Shown: positions 30,486-39,562 of the stretch, piece by piece
Layout: every line of letters starts with the position of its first letter
How positions within the stretch are numbered: the stretch's first letter is position 1
Source of the DNA: Candidatus Omnitrophota bacterium
GTDB taxonomy: Bacteria > Omnitrophota > Gorgyraeia > Duberdicusellales > 4484-171
Length of the DNA stretch: 64,000 bases
Assembly: GCA_043823745.1 (NCBI GenBank)
Contig: JBDRAN010000028.1
Location: 3,116 to 67,115 of the forward strand
Direction of reading: 5' to 3'
The notes under the pieces: model-generated
What the model was told of the DNA's origin: nothing
The model's input: the letters and a program-made list of their open reading frames with translations, nothing else
Databases searched by the model: none
Translations under genes and position numbers: made by a program

Positions 30486-33446
30486 ATGTCAAATCTCATT
30501 CGTGTGCTCATTGTTGAAGATTCTGAAGATGATGCCTTACTGATTGTGCGCCATCTTAAAGCCGGCGGCTACGAGCCCCAGTGGCAGCGCGTGGACACCG
30601 TGTATGCGATGAGCGCCGCACTCGCCCAAGCCTGGGATGTGGCGATTATTGATTATTCTCTCCCGCAGTTAAACGGTATTGATGCGCTTGGCTTAATTAA
30701 GGAAACCGGCATCGACCTTCCGGCCATTATCGTTTCGGGTGTTTATGGCGAAGAGATAGCGGTTGAGGTAATGAAAGCAGGCGCTGCCGATTATGTTTTA
30801 AAAGAAAAACTTTCCCGCCTGGTTCCTGCCCTTAGCCGCGAATTGCAGCAAGCCAAAATACGAAAAGAACGTATTCATGCCCAAGAGAACTTCAACCGCG
30901 AAAAGCTTTTAAGTGAAAGTATTATCAATAATATTCCGGCCGGGGTTGCCTTTCTTGACAATAATTTTGTGCTGCGCCGCCATAACGTTGCCTACGCAAG
31001 CTTTCTGCGCCGCTATGCTCTCTATGCTCCGGAGCAGGCCATGGGGATGGCTTATTTTGATTATATGCCCGGCAGCAGGCCGCAGGTCGAAGAGTGGTTT
31101 GTCCGCGTCAGAGATTCGGGGTGCCCTGAAGTACGCTATAATTTTGAACTTTCCGTCGAGAAGAACGGAAAGAAGCAATTAACCTGGTGGGATACCAGTA
31201 TTGCGCCGGTGTTTGACGCCTATGGGGCGACTGAGGGCATTTTGCTTTTGACGCAGGATGTAACCGAGCGGGTGCAGATAACGCGGGATCGCGACCGGCT
31301 TTTTAATTTTTCCATCGATATGTTTTCTATTACCGGCTTCGACGGCTATTTCAAGGAAGTTAATCCCGCCTGGCAAAAGACTCTCGGTTTTACAAAAAAA
31401 GAATTATTAGCGAAACCCCTGATCCATTTTGTGTATCCGCTTGATCGGGCGGCAACGAAACTTGCCCTGGCGCAACTGCGCCAAGGGAGAGAAGTTGTTG
31501 GTTTTGATAGCCGGTTTTGTTGCAAAGACGGTACGTTTAAATGGATTTCCTGGAATGCGTTTCCTTTACCGGAGGAAAACGTTATTTTTTCTGTCGCGCG
31601 TGATATCTTGGTCCAGAAACTCGCGCATGAGTTATTGCAGCGCAGCGAAGCTCGCTACCGCACGTTGATTGAGCGGGCTACTGACGCCATATTCATGTAT
31701 ACTCGGCAAGGGAAAATCGTTGACGTTAACCCGGCCGCGCTTAAGAGTTTGGGGTATAGCCGTAAAGAATTGTTATCGATGTCTCTTTTTGATATTGAGG
31801 TTGATCGTAATCATACAACCATCCAAAGAATCATACGTAAGGCGTTGTCAGGGGCGCCGGTAATTTTTGAGGGGTGGTATCGGCGTAAAGATGGTTCGCG
31901 ATTTCCCGTTGAAATCAACATCGGTAGTTTTGAGGGTGACTGTGTTGGCGGCAAGGGGCTGATTGCTGTTGTTCGTGATGCGAGCGAGCGTAACCGTACG
32001 CAGGAAGCGCTTGCAGAGGCTCAACGTAAGCTTGTAACGTTGATGAGCAACCTCCCCGGTATGGCGTATCGTTGTCGTAACGATAAAAATTGGACCATGG
32101 AATTTGTCAGCCGGGGTTGCAAGGCGCTGACCGGATATAGCCCCGAGGCAATACTGGGAAATAGTGTTCTTTCCTATGCGGATATTATAGCGCCCCAATA
32201 CCGGGATTATGTGTGGAGTACGGTTCAGGAAGCTTTAAAGCTTCGAAAACCGTTCCAGCTTATTTACCGCATTAAAATCTCAAACGGAAAGATAAAATGG
32301 GTATGGGAGCAGGGTAGTGGTGTGTATGGCGAGAAAGGAGAACTTCAGGCATTAGAGGGTTTTATTACCGACATTTCTGATCGTAAGAACATGGAAGAAT
32401 CTTTACGTATTTCTGAGGAGCAGTACCGTCTTCTTTTTGAAAATAACCCGCATCCAATGTGGGTGGCCGATGCGAAGAGTTTCAGGTTTCTCGCGGTTAA
32501 TGACGCGGCCTTGCGTCACTATGGATATTCACGCCAGGAATTTCTTCGTATGGGCGCTGCGGATATCCGTCCCAAGGAAGATGTTTCCCGGTTTAACGAG
32601 TATCTAAAGGCAAAAAAGAACGATGCTGTTCGCACGTCAAGCCAGTGGCGCCACCGGAAACAAGACGGTACGGTTATTGATGTTGATGTGGCCTCGCATG
32701 CCATCGTATTTGCCGGGAAAAAAGCCCGTCTGGTGCTGGCCCAAGACATTACTGAGCGCAAACGGGTAGAAGTGATGCGTGAAGCGCTTATCCGTAATGT
32801 CTCTCATGAGCTGAAAACCCCTGTCGCGATGCTTTCGATGGTGCATGATATGGCTACGCGCGCAATAGCCGCCGGCGACATCGAACAGATTAAAAAAAGC
32901 TACAGCATTATGCATGAGTGTATTGTTCGTCTTAAAAAAGATATTTCTAATATTTTGCAAATCTCGGCTCTTGAGAAAATGAAAAAGAGTAAAACGCGCG
33001 CGTTATCGTTTGTGCGCATTGAATTACGCCGAATTATTGATAGAATGCCGTTGACGAAAAAGGGTATTTCTTTTTCCTGCACGATCCCTCCCGCAGCGGA
33101 TAAAATAGGTATTTCGGCGCATCACCTGCATACCCTTCTGTACAATCTTCTTGATAACGCGGTTAAATTTAGCACGGCAGGGAGTATAAAAATTCGGGGG
33201 CGGGGTGCCGGCAACAAGGTCATTCTTTACGTGCGGGATGCCGGTTGCGGCATGACGCGTGAGCAGCAGGGTAATGTATTCACCCGGTTTTTCAAGGCAC
33301 ATCCTTCCTTTTCGGGGACAGGATTGGGGCTTGCGATTTGCAAGGACATCGTAGATCTTTACGGTGGAAGCATTGCGGTTTCCTCAGCAGGGAAAAATAA
33401 GGGTACAACAGTGACGCTCGTGCTGCCACGGGCCCGGGGTCATTAA
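30486..33446 (+). CDS. Hybrid sensor histidine kinase: N-terminal REC, multiple PAS domains, then HisKA and HATPase_c.
   Basis: The REC domain has IVEDSEDDALL..D..IIDYSLP. There are 4-5 PAS repeats. The H-box is VSHELKTPVAM and the G-box is GTGLGLAICKDIV. Confidence 0.85.
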   Translation: MSNLIRVLIVEDSEDDALLIVRHLKAGGYEPQWQRVDTVYAMSAALAQAWDVAIIDYSLPQLNGIDALGLIKETGIDLPAIIVSGVYGEEIAVEVMKAGAADYVLKEKLSRLVPALSRELQQAKIRKERIHAQENFNREKLLSESIINNIPAGVAFLDNNFVLRRHNVAYASFLRRYALYAPEQAMGMAYFDYMPGSRPQVEEWFVRVRDSGCPEVRYNFELSVEKNGKKQLTWWDTSIAPVFDAYGATEGILLLTQDVTERVQITRDRDRLFNFSIDMFSITGFDGYFKEVNPAWQKTLGFTKKELLAKPLIHFVYPLDRAATKLALAQLRQGREVVGFDSRFCCKDGTFKWISWNAFPLPEENVIFSVARDILVQKLAHELLQRSEARYRTLIERATDAIFMYTRQGKIVDVNPAALKSLGYSRKELLSMSLFDIEVDRNHTTIQRIIRKALSGAPVIFEGWYRRKDGSRFPVEINIGSFEGDCVGGKGLIAVVRDASERNRTQEALAEAQRKLVTLMSNLPGMAYRCRNDKNWTMEFVSRGCKALTGYSPEAILGNSVLSYADIIAPQYRDYVWSTVQEALKLRKPFQLIYRIKISNGKIKWVWEQGSGVYGEKGELQALEGFITDISDRKNMEESLRISEEQYRLLFENNPHPMWVADAKSFRFLAVNDAALRHYGYSRQEFLRMGAADIRPKEDVSRFNEYLKAKKNDAVRTSSQWRHRKQDGTVIDVDVASHAIVFAGKKARLVLAQDITERKRVEVMREALIRNVSHELKTPVAMLSMVHDMATRAIAAGDIEQIKKSYSIMHECIVRLKKDISNILQISALEKMKKSKTRALSFVRIELRRIIDRMPLTKKGISFSCTIPPAADKIGISAHHLHTLLYNLLDNAVKFSTAGSIKIRGRGAGNKVILYVRDAGCGMTREQQGNVFTRFFKAHPSFSGTGLGLAICKDIVDLYGGSIAVSSAGKNKGTTVTLVLPRARGH

Positions 33447-33454
33447 GGAGCGTT

Positions 33455-33820
33455 ATGAAGAATATTCTAATTGTTGATGACGAGCCGGCGATGCATGAGT
33501 TGTATCGGGACATGTTTTCGTTGGCCCAAGATCGGTATGATATCGAGATCCAGTTTGATGCAGCTGAGGCGCTGGTCCGCGCGCATCAGAAAAAGTTTGA
33601 CCTTATCATTCTTGATATTATCATGGAGCCGATGGCGGGAGATTCTCTGCTTGTGTACTTAAGAAAAGACAGCCAGACTAAAGATATACCGGTCCTTATC
33701 GCCAGCGCCTTAAACCCGGCAATATTGCGAACGTTGCAGACGATCAATCACCTTACAATTATCCAGAAGCCTTTTAAGGCGAAAGACCTTTTTGAGAATC
33801 TTGATAGAATATTGAATTAA
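33455..33820 (+). CDS. Stand-alone single-domain response regulator (CheY-like REC).
   Basis: It has ILIVDDEPAMHELY...LIILDIIMEP and is 121 aa. Confidence 0.8.
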   Translation: MKNILIVDDEPAMHELYRDMFSLAQDRYDIEIQFDAAEALVRAHQKKFDLIILDIIMEPMAGDSLLVYLRKDSQTKDIPVLIASALNPAILRTLQTINHLTIIQKPFKAKDLFENLDRILN

Positions 33821-33877
33821 TGGGGAGAGATGGGCATCCGCATGCTTCGCAAGCTTAAGGCGCTCGTCGCAAGCAGG

Positions 33878-33950
33878 AAAATTACTAATGACTGAGCATA
33901 AATTACTAAATAAAAATATTTCGTAATTATAATTTAGTAATTAGTAATTT
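33878..33950. repeat. Inverted-repeat family C, copy C1 (AAATTACTAAT ... TTAGTAATTAGTAATT).
   Basis: It is visible in the sequence, and a second copy lies at 39425-39495. Confidence 0.45.
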
Positions 33951-34018
33951 GTTTGGCGCCTTGACGCTTGACACAATGCGTAATGCGTTTTAGGCTATAG
34001 GTATACAGGAGGGCCGAG

Positions 34019-34747
34019 GTGTCGTATACGATCCTTTTGGTTGATGATGATAAAGAGTTCAGGTCGGTGTTTAAAAAATACCTGGAGGGGTACCGGATTA
34101 TTGAAACCGATAGCGGCGCTGCGGCGCTTGCTATCTTAAAGAAACCCAACGATATTGATTTGGTGATACTTGATGTGGTAATGCCCGGCCTGCAGGGGAT
34201 CGATGTGTTGCGGGAAATTCGCAAGGTAAACGAAAAGTTGAGCGTTATCATGCTGACCGCATATGGTTCTAAAGATGTAGCGGTCGAGGCGCTGCGCAGC
34301 CACGCCGACGATTTTATCGAGAAGGGTATGTCCATCAGTGAGATAGAGAGGGTTATCACCAGGGTTATGGAGGCTCATGGCATTTCCGCGGGCATTCATG
34401 GCAACGGCCTCGCTGCGAAAATCGAAAAAGCAAAACGGTATGCCGAAATAAACTGTTATAAAAAATTTTCTTTACGGGATGCTGCCGAGAGCGTATGTTT
34501 GAGCCCGAAATATTTAAGCCGCGTGTTTAAGGAGTATGCAGGTACCGGATTTAGCGCGTATCGCCTGGCTATAAAGATAAAGGAAGCTCGCCGCCTTCTT
34601 GCGCATGCGACTTGTAACGTGAGTCAGATTGCCGATAAGCTAGGATATAAAAATGTAGAATCTTTTATTCGTCAGTTCAAGAAAATGACCGGTACCACCC
34701 CTTCGGTGTTCCGCAAGAGTAAAATCAAAAAAACTAAGCGCTCATGA
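34019..34747 (+). CDS. Response regulator with an AraC-type HTH output (REC + HTH_AraC).
   Basis: It has ILLVDDDKEFRSVF...LVILDVVMPG, and the C-terminus carries the AraC signature IADKLGYKNVESFIRQFKKMTG. Confidence 0.8.
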   Translation: MSYTILLVDDDKEFRSVFKKYLEGYRIIETDSGAAALAILKKPNDIDLVILDVVMPGLQGIDVLREIRKVNEKLSVIMLTAYGSKDVAVEALRSHADDFIEKGMSISEIERVITRVMEAHGISAGIHGNGLAAKIEKAKRYAEINCYKKFSLRDAAESVCLSPKYLSRVFKEYAGTGFSAYRLAIKIKEARRLLAHATCNVSQIADKLGYKNVESFIRQFKKMTGTTPSVFRKSKIKKTKRS

Positions 34748-35270
34748 CCGCGAACACAGGGACACGAACGAAAATAAAAAATCCCAAATCTCAAACTCAA
34801 AACAAATTCCAATTATCAAAACTATCCGCCGAAGGCGAGACCTCGCCAGCTATCGCTGACGGGCAATGTTCTAAACGGGATCATTTTTTGTCAGGCCCTT
34901 CCTTTAGTCGGAACAGGGAAGCCTACCCTTTAGGGTTATTGGATAATTGGAGTTTGGAACTTATTTATGTTTTTCCGCCCCTTTGGGCGAGATCTCGCCT
35001 ATATACACTAATTAATGTGGCGGAGGTGCTTGCCATTTGGAATTTTTTACACCCCTCGTCCGAGCGTATGCGGCCGCACGTCGTCGGATAACGAGCTTGT
35101 ATCCTGACGTTTTGGTGTCTACCGCCTCACGCTCCCCAAAAGCTCGCTGCTGAGTGCTTAGAGATAGTAGAAAAAAGTCAATAAAAAGTGGAAAACCCCT
35201 CTTTACCGGTTATGGGTAAGTTAGTAATATTTATATACTTAATTATAGTAGCGGATAGTGGTTACTGGAG

Positions 35271-35352
35271 AAAGTATTGAGTATCGAGTACAGAGCATTA
35301 AGTACGTAGTTCTAAAGCGCAACACTCAATACGCAATGCTCAATACGAAAGC
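35271..35352. repeat. Family A-related partial copy A4 (AGTATTGAGTATCGAGTACAGAGC ... ACTCAATACGCAATGCTCAATACG).
   Basis: It is visible in the sequence. Confidence 0.45.
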
Positions 35353-35505
35353 GGAATAGTTTGTGGCGTAAGGCTAACGTGGCGCGCAAGGCGCCATGTA
35401 TTCCAAAAAAATCCGTGGCTTGGGCTTTACGCCACCTGTCTTTATATAGAGATTCCAGAGATCAGGAAAAGATTACCTGTAATCATTTTTTTAATCGCTG
35501 TAATC

Positions 35506-35712
35506 TTGAGCAATATTCATTATACTAAAATGGTACAAGTTCAATGTAAAAAATGTGGCGAGATACGCTTTACTGCCTATCCGCAGATATCGGTATGCGT
35601 TTGTGGCGGGAGATTTAAAGCTATTGATTTCGACCGCCAGGACAAGGAATGCCCTGCGGAGAAAAAATGCCAACACTTGATTGATTCCTTAGAGTACCTA
35701 CGGGAAACGTAA
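35506..35712 (+). CDS. Putative small zinc-ribbon protein (CKKCG...CVCGG).
   Basis: It is a 68-aa ORF with two CxxC/CxC pairs. The RBS is weak, and it is the only ORF in a 1.1 kb gap. Confidence 0.3.
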   Translation: MSNIHYTKMVQVQCKKCGEIRFTAYPQISVCVCGGRFKAIDFDRQDKECPAEKKCQHLIDSLEYLRET

Positions 35713-35884
35713 CACGTAGCCAACCGCTCCCGCGAGTGCAAAAATTCGCTTTCTTTTTGACGCAAGCGTGTATACAATAGAAATATTATATGACTCATGC
35801 GTGGCCGATGATGCGGTTCTTGAGGCAATTCTTTTCCTGTAGGGAGGGGTTGCCTTTTTTTATTGATGGATATGTAATTGCGCA

Positions 35885-36262
35885 ATGAAGAAAACGATCC
35901 TCATAGTCGATGATGATCCGGCGATGCATGAAGTATATGGTGATATGTTTCGGCAATCAGACCGGTACCAGCTTGCGCGCGCCTATAGCGTCGAGGAGGC
36001 TTTGAAGGGATTGAAAACTCGGCGCATTGACCTGATACTGCTTGATATCATCATGGAACCGATACCGGGCTCCTATCTGTATCTTAAAGTAGCGCGGGAT
36101 AAAAAAATACAAAACGAGAAAATACCTATCATCGTCGTCAGCGTTCTTAAAGAACATGAGCTTGGCTCTTTGGGAAAACTCGACAACCTTATATTTTTTG
36201 CCAAGCCCTTTAAGAAAGAGGCGTTGATGGGGAAGATTGAGGAATTGTTGGGAAGCGATTAG
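35885..36262 (+). CDS. Stand-alone single-domain response regulator, paralogous to the one at 33455.
   Basis: It has ILIVDDDPAMHEVYGDMF...LILLDIIMEP. Confidence 0.8.
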   Translation: MKKTILIVDDDPAMHEVYGDMFRQSDRYQLARAYSVEEALKGLKTRRIDLILLDIIMEPIPGSYLYLKVARDKKIQNEKIPIIVVSVLKEHELGSLGKLDNLIFFAKPFKKEALMGKIEELLGSD

Positions 36263-36264
36263 CA

Positions 36265-36368
36265 AAAAGTATTGAGTATCGAGTATAGAGCATCGAGCAT
36301 TGAACAGGGAATAAAAAATGAGTATTTAATAAACTCAATACCCAATACTCACTGCACAATACGTAATA
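36265..36368. repeat. Repeat family A, copy A2.
   Basis: The sequence reads AAAAGTATTGAGTATCGAGTATAGAGCATCGAGC...AAACTCAATACCCAATACTCACTGCACAATACG. Confidence 0.6.
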
Positions 36369-36379
36369 AGGGGGGGAAT

Positions 36380-36745
36380 ATGCTTAAGAAAAAAATATTA
36401 GTTGTTGATGATGAACGTGATTTTCTTAATTTAATACGCATACGGCTTGAGTCAAGCAAATACGAAGTTATTACTGCTTGCGACGGCGTCGATGCGCTCT
36501 TAAAATTTGATGAATGCCCGCCGGACGCAGTCATGCTCGATATTCTCATGCCCAACATGGACGGCCTGGAAGTTTTAAAGAAAATAAGAGCCAAGGACAA
36601 AAATATCCCTATCTTCATCATTACCGCGTTTTCTAATGAGGAGCGACTGAAGCTTGCCAAGGAATTAAATGTTAACGGTTTCATGGATAAAACCGCCGAT
36701 TTAAAAACCGAAATAGAGCATGTGGCGGAAGCGCTCGGGAAATAG
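36380..36745 (+). CDS. Stand-alone single-domain response regulator.
   Basis: It has ILVVDDERDFLNLI...AVMLDILMPNMDG. Its stop codon TAG is the first TAG of the family-B repeat. Confidence 0.8.
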   Translation: MLKKKILVVDDERDFLNLIRIRLESSKYEVITACDGVDALLKFDECPPDAVMLDILMPNMDGLEVLKKIRAKDKNIPIFIITAFSNEERLKLAKELNVNGFMDKTADLKTEIEHVAEALGK

Positions 36746-36774
36746 CGTAGAGCGGATAGCGTAGAGCGTAGAGG
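36742..36774. repeat. Family B left-arm copy, B2 (ATAGCGTAGAGCGGATAGCGTAGAGCGTAGAGG).
   Basis: It is visible in the sequence. Confidence 0.5.
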
Positions 36775-36811
36775 AAGAAAAATATACAGGAATAGCGCAA
36801 AAGGAAAGAAA

Positions 36812-37162
36812 ATGGTAACAAAGAGCTTCAAAGATCTGATAGTTTGGCAGAAAGCATATGCTTTAACTATAGAGATTTATAAGGTGGCTAGTCATTTCCC
36901 TGCTGTTGAGTTGTATGGCTTGCGGCAACAGATGTGTCGTGCCGCAATATCCATACCGTCCAATATCGCTGAAGGATATGGCCGTTCGTATCGTAAGGAA
37001 TATTCACAATTTCTCTCTATAGCCTATGGGTCCTTGTGCGAGCTGGAAACGCAGTATTTATTAGCACTTGAATTTGGTTATCTCAAAAAAACCGAAACGA
37101 TTGAACTTTTAATAAAAGAAGTGGGAAGTATGCTTTATTGTATGATAAATCCCAGAAAATAG
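36812..37162 (+). CDS. Four-helix-bundle protein of the TIGR02436 / 23S rRNA intervening-sequence protein type.
   Basis: It has WQKAYALTIEIYKVASHFP...ISIPSNIAEGYGR...ELETQ, and the RBS is AAAGGAAAG. Confidence 0.75.
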   Translation: MVTKSFKDLIVWQKAYALTIEIYKVASHFPAVELYGLRQQMCRAAISIPSNIAEGYGRSYRKEYSQFLSIAYGSLCELETQYLLALEFGYLKKTETIELLIKEVGSMLYCMINPRK

Positions 37163-37165
37163 GAG

Positions 37166-37252
37166 AAAGCGGAGAGCGTAGAGAAAGAAGGAGCGTAGAA
37201 TTTTACATTATTTATTTTCCCCTCTACGCTATCCGCTCCACGCTCTACGCTA
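37166..37252. repeat. Family B, copy B3: a complete hairpin element directly downstream of the four-helix-bundle gene.
   Basis: The left arm is GCGGAGAGCGTAGAGAAAGAAGGAGCGTAGAA. The loop is TTTTACATTATTTATTTTC. The right arm is CCCTCTACGCTATCCGCTCCACGCTCTACGCTAG. Confidence 0.6.
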
Positions 37253-37268
37253 GAAAAAAGGAGGATCA

Positions 37269-37658
37269 ATGGATGCCAAGAAAAAAGTTTTGATTATTGA
37301 CGATGAAGAAAATTTTACCAAAATCATCAAACTGAACCTTGAGGCAACGGGAAAATACGATGTCTTTGTCGAGAACGATTCAATCCGGGGCTTGAGCAGT
37401 GCAAAAAAAAATATGCCTGACGTGATACTACTCGATATTCTTATGCCTAAGATTGACGGGTTTGAGCTTTTGCGTGCACTTAAGAAAGATATGCCTACAA
37501 TCGCGATCCCGGTAATTATGCTTACCGCGGTAATGGCCGATGAAGCAAAGGCTATGGCCGCCCGGTTGTATGATGAGTCGTATATGGTGAAGCCGGTTGC
37601 CGCCGAGGTGCTTGAGAAAGAAATAGAGAGAGTGTTGGCGCGCCACAGTGGTAATTAG
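37269..37658 (+). CDS. Stand-alone single-domain response regulator.
   Basis: It has VLIIDDEENFTKII...VILLDILMPKIDG. Confidence 0.8.
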   Translation: MDAKKKVLIIDDEENFTKIIKLNLEATGKYDVFVENDSIRGLSSAKKNMPDVILLDILMPKIDGFELLRALKKDMPTIAIPVIMLTAVMADEAKAMAARLYDESYMVKPVAAEVLEKEIERVLARHSGN

Positions 37659-37843
37659 GTCCTTTCATCGTCTATTCTTCGTAGTCCGTTCCCTTCGGGG
37701 ATCCCCTGACGGGGAGGCTTCGCACGGCTCCGCACTCGTTAGTCGTCCGTGACGGAATACGAACGAGTGCATAGCCTGCCGCAGGGCACGGGATACGGAA
37801 GACGGTCGACGAGATAATTATTTATTAAAGAAAGGAGCCTGCT

Positions 37844-39349
37844 ATGTTTGATTCCCAAAGTCTAAGCGCGCAACCCGAAATAATACATGTTTTACTTATT
37901 GAAGATAATCCCGGAGACGTGCGGTTGTTCAAAGAGTTGTTATCGGAGATTCCCGAGACCCCGTTTACCGTAGAATGCGTCAGCCGGCTCGGCGAGGCTT
38001 TAGCGCGCCTTGAAAAAAGGGGTATTGACGTCATTGTCGTTGATCTCGGCCTTCCTGATAGCAAGGGTATTGACACATTTAGGAGTATTTATACTACCGC
38101 GCCTCGCGTGCCGATCGTGGTTGTTACGGGAATGCATGGTCAAGCTTTGAGCGTTTTGGCTCAGGGCGCCCAGGATTATCTTATCAAAGGAAACGTCGAC
38201 GCTGCCATTATATCGCGGACATTGCGATATGCGATTGAGCGTAACAAGCTTAAAACCGCGTATGAGGATTTAGTGAATACGATCACGCATGAGTTGCGCA
38301 TCCCCCTTGGTATTGTACGGGAGGGGGTTTCCCAGATTTGCGATGGCCTGCACGGGGAGATATCCGAAAAAAGCAAAGAATTTCTGGTGCTGGCAATCCA
38401 CAATATCGACAGGCTCAAGCGGCTTATCGATAATCTTTTAGGTGTCGCCAAGCTCGATGCGGGAAAGGTGAAGTTACATAAGTCCATTTTTGATATAACC
38501 GAGCTGGCGCGCGAAATGAGCGCTATTTTTTCAACTCGTGTACAGGGGCGTGACGTGGAGTTGCGTTGTCGTTTTCCCGGCAGCGTCATTAACGTGTATG
38601 CCGATCGGGATAAGATCGTGGAAGTGTTTACCAACCTGATCGGAAACGCGCTTAAGTTTACCGAACGGGGCCTCATCGAGATTGTGCTTCTTGAGAAAGA
38701 GGATTATGTCGCCTGCGCGGTGCGTGATACCGGTTACGGTATTCCTGCGGAACACCTGCCGCATATCTTCGATAAATTTCAGCAATTCTCGCGTAAAGTA
38801 GCTTTCGGGGAAAAAGGTACCGGCCTTGGCCTTGCGATCGTGAAGGGTATTCTTGAGTTGCACGATGAAGCAATCGACGTAGAAAGCGCGATTGGAGCCG
38901 GCACAACGTTTACGTTTACGCTCCATAAGCATCTGGCGCAGCCGCCCTGCAAGGAGCACATTGATGCGTGCATTGCGCAGGCTGGGCTCAAAAACGTGTC
39001 TTTTTCTTTGATCGCGGTCTCGGGCATTAATCTGGAGACATTAAAACACGTTGCGACGCCGGAATCGGCAACGCAAATCATGACGCAGGTACACGCAATA
39101 TTTAAAAGTAGCCTGCGTCGTGCCGAGGATAGCGTTTTTGATTTAACGAGTGAGATACTCGTGCTTTTGATTGACTGTGACAAAGAGGGTGTTGGGGTGG
39201 TTAAGTCCCGGCTTGCCCAACAATTATTCAATTATCTGGCGAGCAACGGATTTTCTGATAGAATATATCTTAAATTTGGCTGTGTCACCTATCCCGATGA
39301 TGCGACCAGCCGGGAAGGGTTACTCGCTGCGGTAATATCGCAACTGTAG
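37844..39349 (+). CDS. Hybrid histidine kinase: REC, HisKA, HATPase_c, and a C-terminal degenerate GGDEF-like domain.
   Basis: The REC domain has VLLIEDNPGDVRLF..VIVVDLGLPD. The H-box is ITHELRIPLG and the G-box is GTGLGLAIVKGI. In the C-terminal roughly 150 aa the GG(D/E)EF motif is replaced by DLTSE, while the RAED (RxxD) I-site is kept. Confidence 0.8.
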   Translation: MFDSQSLSAQPEIIHVLLIEDNPGDVRLFKELLSEIPETPFTVECVSRLGEALARLEKRGIDVIVVDLGLPDSKGIDTFRSIYTTAPRVPIVVVTGMHGQALSVLAQGAQDYLIKGNVDAAIISRTLRYAIERNKLKTAYEDLVNTITHELRIPLGIVREGVSQICDGLHGEISEKSKEFLVLAIHNIDRLKRLIDNLLGVAKLDAGKVKLHKSIFDITELAREMSAIFSTRVQGRDVELRCRFPGSVINVYADRDKIVEVFTNLIGNALKFTERGLIEIVLLEKEDYVACAVRDTGYGIPAEHLPHIFDKFQQFSRKVAFGEKGTGLGLAIVKGILELHDEAIDVESAIGAGTTFTFTLHKHLAQPPCKEHIDACIAQAGLKNVSFSLIAVSGINLETLKHVATPESATQIMTQVHAIFKSSLRRAEDSVFDLTSEILVLLIDCDKEGVGVVKSRLAQQLFNYLASNGFSDRIYLKFGCVTYPDDATSREGLLAAVISQL

Positions 39350-39424
39350 TAACGCAGGGTCGTAGGGTTCAATACGTGACAATGTGCCAAGGCATCAAAG
39401 TGTCAAAGCATCAACGCGTCAGAG

Positions 39425-39495
39425 TAAATTACTAATTGCTAAATTCTAATGACGAACCATTTCCTTTTAGTAATTCGTGCTTAGTAATTAGTGAT
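39425..39495. repeat. Inverted-repeat family C, copy C2.
   Basis: It has AAATTACTAATTGCTAAATTC...TTTTAGTAATTCGTGCTTAGTAATTAGTGATT. Confidence 0.45.
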
Positions 39496-39562
39496 TTTTC
39501 TGCTCTACGTTAGACTTGATACCCTGACACTTTTCCATTGATGTTTTTCAACCAATACCTGA

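Noticed and set aside
34744-35091. A 115-aa ORF starting MTANTGTRTKIKNPKSQTQNKFQ.
   Set aside because: It has low-complexity composition, overlaps the repeat blocks and has no RBS. It is more likely a non-coding repeat-rich spacer.
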